The notes beneath the pieces are model-generated. The model saw only the letters and a list, made by a program, of their open reading frames with translations. It searched no databases and was not told where the DNA came from. A stretch of 31,376 bases of DNA from the UHGV virus genome UHGV-0241516; one strand, 5' to 3'. Below, in pieces: positions 27,751-31,376 of the stretch (positions are counted from its first letter, which is position 1; every line of letters begins with the position of its first letter). The stretch is from a virus. The position numbers and the translations under genes are program-made.

Positions 27751-28238
27751 TAAGCCCCCACGTAATTCCCTGAGAGATACCACTCTTCACCTGATGCAGC
27801 CTGCTTACTGCTTTTCCGTAAACACCGTTCACGACGCGCCAGAAAATTGTTTCGTTCTGGCTGGGAGTGGCTTTCACGGAATGCCGCCATCCACACGGTT
27901 GCAGCACGACGGTATAAGCCCCTGGACTCCAGTTCTTCAGCCTGGCGGGTCAGGCACAAAATCACCTGGGGATCGTTAGTGCCGACATAGAAATTGCGCA
28001 CAGGTCTGGTTTCTCGAACTGGTTGTGGTTCCGGTTCCTGCGCTCTCTCAGTCAGGCGCGGGAAATGTCTGCGTGTATCTCCTTCACAACGGTGAGCCAC
28101 ACGCCCACTCTGACGTAACTTGCTTGCTGACTGCAGAACGCGCTGCCGTGAGTAACCTGCAAAAGCATCCGCAATGTCTCCGGAAGTACATCCCGGATGG
28201 GCTTCAATGAATTTCTGAACTTCATTCAAAAGACTCAT
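27750..28238 (-). CDS. PerC-family-like transcriptional regulator with N-terminal wHTH-like region
   Basis: Preferred ATG at 28238. Motif AEELESRGLYRRAATVWMAAF resembles the PerC core (LE..GLWRRAA..W) as recalled. Confidence 0.5.
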   Translation of the reverse strand: MSLLNEVQKFIEAHPGCTSGDIADAFAGYSRQRVLQSASKLRQSGRVAHRCEGDTRRHFPRLTERAQEPEPQPVRETRPVRNFYVGTNDPQVILCLTRQAEELESRGLYRRAATVWMAAFRESHSQPERNNFLARRERCLRKSSKQAASGEEWYLSGNYVGA

Positions 28239-28240
28239 GA

Positions 28241-29182
28241 TCACCCCCTGAATCCTGCCGGGATCTGGCTGTAGTCCACGTTGTCGTAACTGGATTTGAA
28301 GTACGGGTCTTCGCGTTTTTCGGTGTACGTGCTAACGGACGGTGATAAGCGCAGGGAAAGCTCATCCCATTTTTCCCGCAACTTCGACGGGCTGAGCACG
28401 TTACGGCACCAGAACGGATCGCGGCTGACGCGGCTGTACATCTCGCAGATTTGTTTGTGAGTACGACCATCCTGCACACACATCAGGCGAATTTCGTTTG
28501 CCCAGGCTGTCCAGTTCGGTTCTTTGGGACGAACCACCTCGCCGTCACATTCGGCGGCTTGCTCGTACAGGGCGATGATTTTTTTCCAGAGCCACTGTGC
28601 GCAGGTCAAATCATCCTGCGTTCCCCACTGGCGCTTTTTAGGGCTGAATACAACCGCATCAGGATGGCGAGTTAAAAAATCCTGTTCATCCGTCTGCGTG
28701 TCCGGTTGCGAAGCGTCCGGACGAGAAGGTTTTTTATCTGACGGATCATGTTTTGATTTTACTGACGGATCCCCGCCAGATTCTGACGGGTGAAAACCCG
28801 CTTTTTTGCCAGATTTCGACGCATCAAATTTTGACGGGTCAGATTTTGATGCGTCAGATTTTGACGGGTCAGAATCTGACAGTTGAGAAAATGCCGCTGC
28901 CTGAAGCTTCGCAACGTTAAGCTGATAAACATTCGACGCATTGCGGTTACCCTGGCGACGCGCCTTACGCGTTAACCAGCCTTCTGCTTCCAGCCGTGCG
29001 ATAGCCGTTCTGACGGTACTCATTCCCGCGCCAATCTGGCGGGCAATGGTTTCAATTGATGGCCAGCACACACCTTCGTCATTACTGAAATCAGCCAGGC
29101 GGGCCATAATTGCCACGCTGGATAATTTCATGCCTGATGCAGCGCAACCATCCCATACATAGCCGGTTAATTTAGTGCTCAT
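28241..29182 (-). CDS. Replication initiator, lambda O-like, with ori iterons inside the gene
   Basis: 313 aa. N-terminal HTH-like region, then a linker of repeated SDxSK pentapeptides encoded by the iteron array, then a C-terminal domain. ATG at 29182-29180. Confidence 0.7.
   Translation of the reverse strand: MSTKLTGYVWDGCAASGMKLSSVAIMARLADFSNDEGVCWPSIETIARQIGAGMSTVRTAIARLEAEGWLTRKARRQGNRNASNVYQLNVAKLQAAAFSQLSDSDPSKSDASKSDPSKFDASKSGKKAGFHPSESGGDPSVKSKHDPSDKKPSRPDASQPDTQTDEQDFLTRHPDAVVFSPKKRQWGTQDDLTCAQWLWKKIIALYEQAAECDGEVVRPKEPNWTAWANEIRLMCVQDGRTHKQICEMYSRVSRDPFWCRNVLSPSKLREKWDELSLRLSPSVSTYTEKREDPYFKSSYDNVDYSQIPAGFRG
28735..28885. repeat. Iteron array (putative ori): 4 tight 15-bp tandem repeats plus 3-4 degenerate copies
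   Basis: Read directly: 15-bp units at 28811-28870 (AGATTTCGACGCATC / AAATTTTGACGGGTC / AGATTTTGATGCGTC / AGATTTTGACGGGTC), degenerate copies at 28735-28792 and 28871-28885. Confidence 0.75.
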
Positions 29183-29191
29183 GACCGACCT

Positions 29192-29530
29192 CTATTTCCC
29201 TGAATTTACGACGAAACTGTTCGAGCGGGCTGAAGCACTCATGCTCATAACCTTCGCGGAGGTAGATAACCCGTTGTGTTTCCGGCTCCCAACGAATGAC
29301 TCTGACGGGCACTCCGTAGTGATCTTTGAACCAGCGGTTAACTTGTCGCAAAGGACTGTCTCCTTCTGCCGGTTGAAATCACCCACAGCCCACTCTGCAA
29401 AGCTGTGGGTTACAATTTCCCTGTCACCTGGTACATTTACTGCATAGCAATACTCCACCTTCGCTTTTCCACCCGGTACAGGAAGCGCAATCAGTTGCGA
29501 GCGACGGTAGTGTGTTGTTAAACTGTTCAT
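29192..29530 (-). CDS. Hypothetical protein (112 aa) coupled between CII-like and O-like genes
   Basis: ATG at 29530-29528 overlaps the upstream stop (ATGA). Ends 10 nt before the O-like start. No recognisable motif. Confidence 0.5.
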   Translation of the reverse strand: MNSLTTHYRRSQLIALPVPGGKAKVEYCYAVNVPGDREIVTHSFAEWAVGDFNRQKETVLCDKLTAGSKITTECPSESFVGSRKHNGLSTSAKVMSMSASARSNSFVVNSGK

Positions 29531-30090
29531 GCGTTAGTTTCTCCACAGTCACGACACGCCACGGCGCCCGGAGCTGCACACTCGCGGGCGTCATTACTTT
29601 CTGAAATGCAAAAAATTTTGTAGACCAGTGCTGCATGCTCCTGCAGCTTCGAAATTGAGAGGTACAGCTCGTCGTTAATTGCTGTCTTCTCATGCGGTTC
29701 CACTACACCGTCTTCAATTGCTGAACGAATCTGTTTTGAATAACTGCCGATCTGTTCAATGACTTCCAGCAGGCGCTGGTTAATATCGGCGTTGTCCACA
29801 TCCTCGACGTCAGGAAGAGACACAAAGACGCCATTTGCAGACTGCGCCACAGCGTCAGCAATGAAGTGAGTTCCACCAGCACGTTGCAAAATCATTGCCC
29901 ATCCCAGCGGGAAAATCTGATCGCCATCGGCACGAAGGCGGTTAAATAATGCGTTCTCTGTTACATCCAGCCAGTCAGCTGCTTCAGCGTAACCACCCGG
30001 CAACTTTGCGATAGTTTTTCTGACAGCTTTCACGTACCACTCAGGCTGTTTTTCTACTTTCCAGTGATGCTTACCCACGGTTAGCCTCAT
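29527..30090 (-). CDS. Early regulatory protein, CII-like (CP76 family) or YdaT-like; uncertain
   Basis: 187 aa, immediately downstream of the Cro-like gene. Family tentative. Start could be ATG 30090 or GTG 12 nt in. Confidence 0.45.
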   Translation of the reverse strand: MRLTVGKHHWKVEKQPEWYVKAVRKTIAKLPGGYAEAADWLDVTENALFNRLRADGDQIFPLGWAMILQRAGGTHFIADAVAQSANGVFVSLPDVEDVDNADINQRLLEVIEQIGSYSKQIRSAIEDGVVEPHEKTAINDELYLSISKLQEHAALVYKIFCISESNDARECAAPGAVACRDCGETNA

Positions 30091-30121
30091 CGTTCTGTGG
30101 TTAAAAATTGAAAGTGTTCTG

Positions 30122-30322
30122 CTAATCTTTCGGATAGATATCCGGTCTTAAGTCAGATTTCGTAATTGCACCTGACGTGCATTGCTCAAGTTTTTTAGCC
30201 AGCACAAAACTGGCTTTTTTATAGCCATTGAAAACCAGCCGTAAGTAGCCAGGTGTTGAGCCAACTTTTCCGGCCAACTCGCCCTGCTGTTCTTTGGTTA
30301 AAGAGTCCCAATACGCTTTCAT
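30122..30322 (-). CDS. Cro-like HTH repressor
   Basis: 66 aa (MKAYWDSLTKEQQGELAGKVGSTPGYLRLVFNGYKKASFVLAKKLEQ…). ATG at 30322-30320 with GGAGG upstream. The ORF track's 167-aa frame is a spurious upstream extension. Confidence 0.75.
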   Translation of the reverse strand: MKAYWDSLTKEQQGELAGKVGSTPGYLRLVFNGYKKASFVLAKKLEQCTSGAITKSDLRPDIYPKD

Positions 30323-30412
30323 ACAATATGTACCTCCGGTGTACATATTACATGATTGAAATGAACCTTCAAGATACTTGTACCTTAACGGTACAAGGGT
30401 TTTAATTTCGTT
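30323..30412. promoter_or_regulatory. Immunity switch: two palindromic operators and candidate divergent promoters
   Basis: Palindromes AATATGTAC-N7-GTACATATT (30325-30349) and CTTGTACC-N5-GGTACAAG (30377-30397). Candidate PR-like promoter on minus: -35 at plus 30367-30372, 16-bp spacer, -10 at plus 30345-30350. Candidate PRM-like on plus: TTGTAC (30378-30383), 17 bp, TTTAAT (30401-30406). Confidence 0.6.
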
Positions 30413-31087
30413 ATGAAAACAATCCATGACATCCGGCGGTCTAACGCCAGAAAACTGAGAGATGGTGTTGGCGGGAATTCTTCCTTTGCCACTATGATTG
30501 ATCGCGAGCCAACCCAGACCAGCAGGTTTATGGGAGATGGTGCTACTAAAAATATCGGTGACAGCATGGCACGACACATCGAAAAATGTTTCGACCTGCC
30601 TGTCGGATGGCTCGATCAAGAACACCAGACAACGAACATCACAAAAAAACCTGATGTTTCAATCACTAATAAACAAATCACATTAGTCCCTGTCATATCA
30701 TGGGTACAGGCCGGAGCATGGAAAGAAGTTGGATATTCTGAGGTTGATTTGAGCACAGCAGAAACGTATCCCTGCCCTGTACCCTGTGGGGAAATGACTT
30801 ATATCTTGCGGGTGATAGGTGATTCAATGATTGATGAGTACCGCCCGGGAGACATGATTTTTGTCGATCCTGAAGTACCTGCCTGCCACGGTGACGACGT
30901 TATTGCATTGATGCACGATACAGGCGAAACCACCTTCAAAAGGTTGATAGAAGATGGGACACAGCGTTATCTCAAAGCGTTAAACCCAAACTGGCCTGAG
31001 CCTTACATTAAGATCAACGGTAATTGCTCTATAATTGGTACAGTGATTTTCTCAGGAAAACCAAGAAGATACAAAATCAAAGCCTAA
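30413..31087 (+). CDS. CI-like repressor (HTH + S24 LexA-like autocleavage domain)
   Basis: 224 aa. ATG at 30413, TAA at 31085-31087. C-terminal half has the S24 peptidase signature (…VIGDSMIDEYRPGDMIFVDP…). Confidence 0.85.
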   Translation: MKTIHDIRRSNARKLRDGVGGNSSFATMIDREPTQTSRFMGDGATKNIGDSMARHIEKCFDLPVGWLDQEHQTTNITKKPDVSITNKQITLVPVISWVQAGAWKEVGYSEVDLSTAETYPCPVPCGEMTYILRVIGDSMIDEYRPGDMIFVDPEVPACHGDDVIALMHDTGETTFKRLIEDGTQRYLKALNPNWPEPYIKINGNCSIIGTVIFSGKPRRYKIKA

Positions 31088-31099
31088 TCAATGTTTATG

Positions 31100-31122
31100 A
31101 ACCTGCTTCGGCAGGTTTTTTT
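31100..31122 (+). terminator. Rho-independent terminator after the repressor gene
   Basis: AACCTGC-ttcg-GCAGGTT then TTTTTTT, 13 nt after the CI stop. Confidence 0.8.
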
Positions 31123-31126
31123 ATAC

Positions 31127-31154
31127 TTGACAATGTACCTTTGAGATACATAAT
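31127..31154 (+). promoter_or_regulatory. Near-consensus sigma70 promoter (PL-like) with operator-like TGTACC motifs
   Basis: TTGACA (31127-31132), 16-bp spacer, CATAAT (31149-31154). TGTACC at 31134-31139 and 31154-31159, the same hexamer found in both operator palindromes. Confidence 0.6.
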
Positions 31155-31321
31155 GTACCCAAGCGAAACAACGAACAGGCAGGACGCCCACGAAGTAGCC
31201 GCCTGGGGCATATGAAGTCCAGGATGATTCGTTAGCAACAAAAAAGCGCCCTACAGGACGCTTAGCTCTTTAACAATCTGGTCCCCATCAACAAGTAACT
31301 GATAACTTGAGGAGGTGTGAA

Positions 31322-31376
31322 ATGCACAAAACAGAACCCAAAATCGTCGCGCCTGGCTACACAGATGAGGAAATTT
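31322..31376 (+). CDS. 5' end of a plus-strand early gene (runs off the window)
   Basis: ATG at 31322 with GAGGAGG 6 nt upstream; MHKTEPKIVAPGYTDEEI… Only 18 codons visible. Confidence 0.45.
   Translation, partial: MHKTEPKIVAPGYTDEEI

Larger units (their letters stand above)
1..31376 (-). mobile_element. Prophage segment: lambdoid early/lysis modules + HK97-like head + Mu-like contractile tail; window does not reach either prophage end
   Basis: Uninterrupted colinear phage modules (immunity, replication, nin-like, Q, lysis, terminase, head, tail, fibre), nearly all on the minus strand with overlapping stop/start codons. No integrase or att site seen. Confidence 0.9.

Noticed and set aside
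28222-28479. 85-aa minus-strand ORF overlapping the end of the O-like gene
   Set aside because: Alternate frame inside the O-like gene with Cys/Arg-rich low-complexity translation.
30323-30625. Upstream extension of the Cro-like ORF (the track's 167-aa frame, 30122-30625)
   Set aside because: It overlaps the operator region and the CI start on the other strand. The conserved Cro-like sequence begins at the ATG at 30322, which has its own GGAGG.
31237-31262. Possible nut/boxB-like hairpin in the leader after the PL-like promoter
   Set aside because: The arms are imperfectly complementary and nothing resembles a boxA consensus. Cannot be supported by inspection.
1-31376. CRISPR arrays, integrase/att sites, IS elements
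   Set aside because: No regularly spaced short repeats were seen (the only tandem array is the in-gene iterons), and no integrase or transposase ORF. The prophage ends are probably outside the window.

Overview
The window is almost entirely one temperate-phage (prophage) genome segment, probably enterobacterial, with nearly all genes on the minus strand. Read from high to low coordinates it runs: immunity switch (CI-like repressor on +, Cro-like on -, palindromic operators between) -> CII-like regulator -> O-like replication initiator with internal iterons -> PerC-like regulator -> Dam-like methyltransferase -> LexA-DBD-like protein -> RusA -> KilA-N protein -> DUF968/HNH-like protein -> Q antiterminator -> plus-strand moron -> second methyltransferase -> holin, lambda-R-like endolysin, Rz/Rz1 -> AT-rich moron -> HNH endonuclease -> small and large terminase -> HK97-type portal, protease and capsid -> head-tail connectors -> Mu-like contractile tail (sheath, tube, frameshifted chaperone, tape measure, baseplate) -> tail fibre and assembly protein. 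This is a mosaic of the kind described for Shigella phage SfV. No integrase, att site, tRNA or CRISPR array was found. The best candidates for an undescribed function are two low-GC membrane-protein morons (23145-24164 on +, 19191-19625 on -) sitting in classic cargo positions; neither resembles a family I can name. Other points worth checking are a programmed -1 frameshift in the tail chaperone, a window-truncated 136-bp perfect direct repeat in the tail-fibre locus, two orphan methyltransferases, and the absence of a helicase-loader gene. All protein assignments rest on motifs and gene order recalled from memory; no database search was run. The ORF track counts GTG/TTG as starts, so several start codons were re-chosen by hand and remain uncertain.
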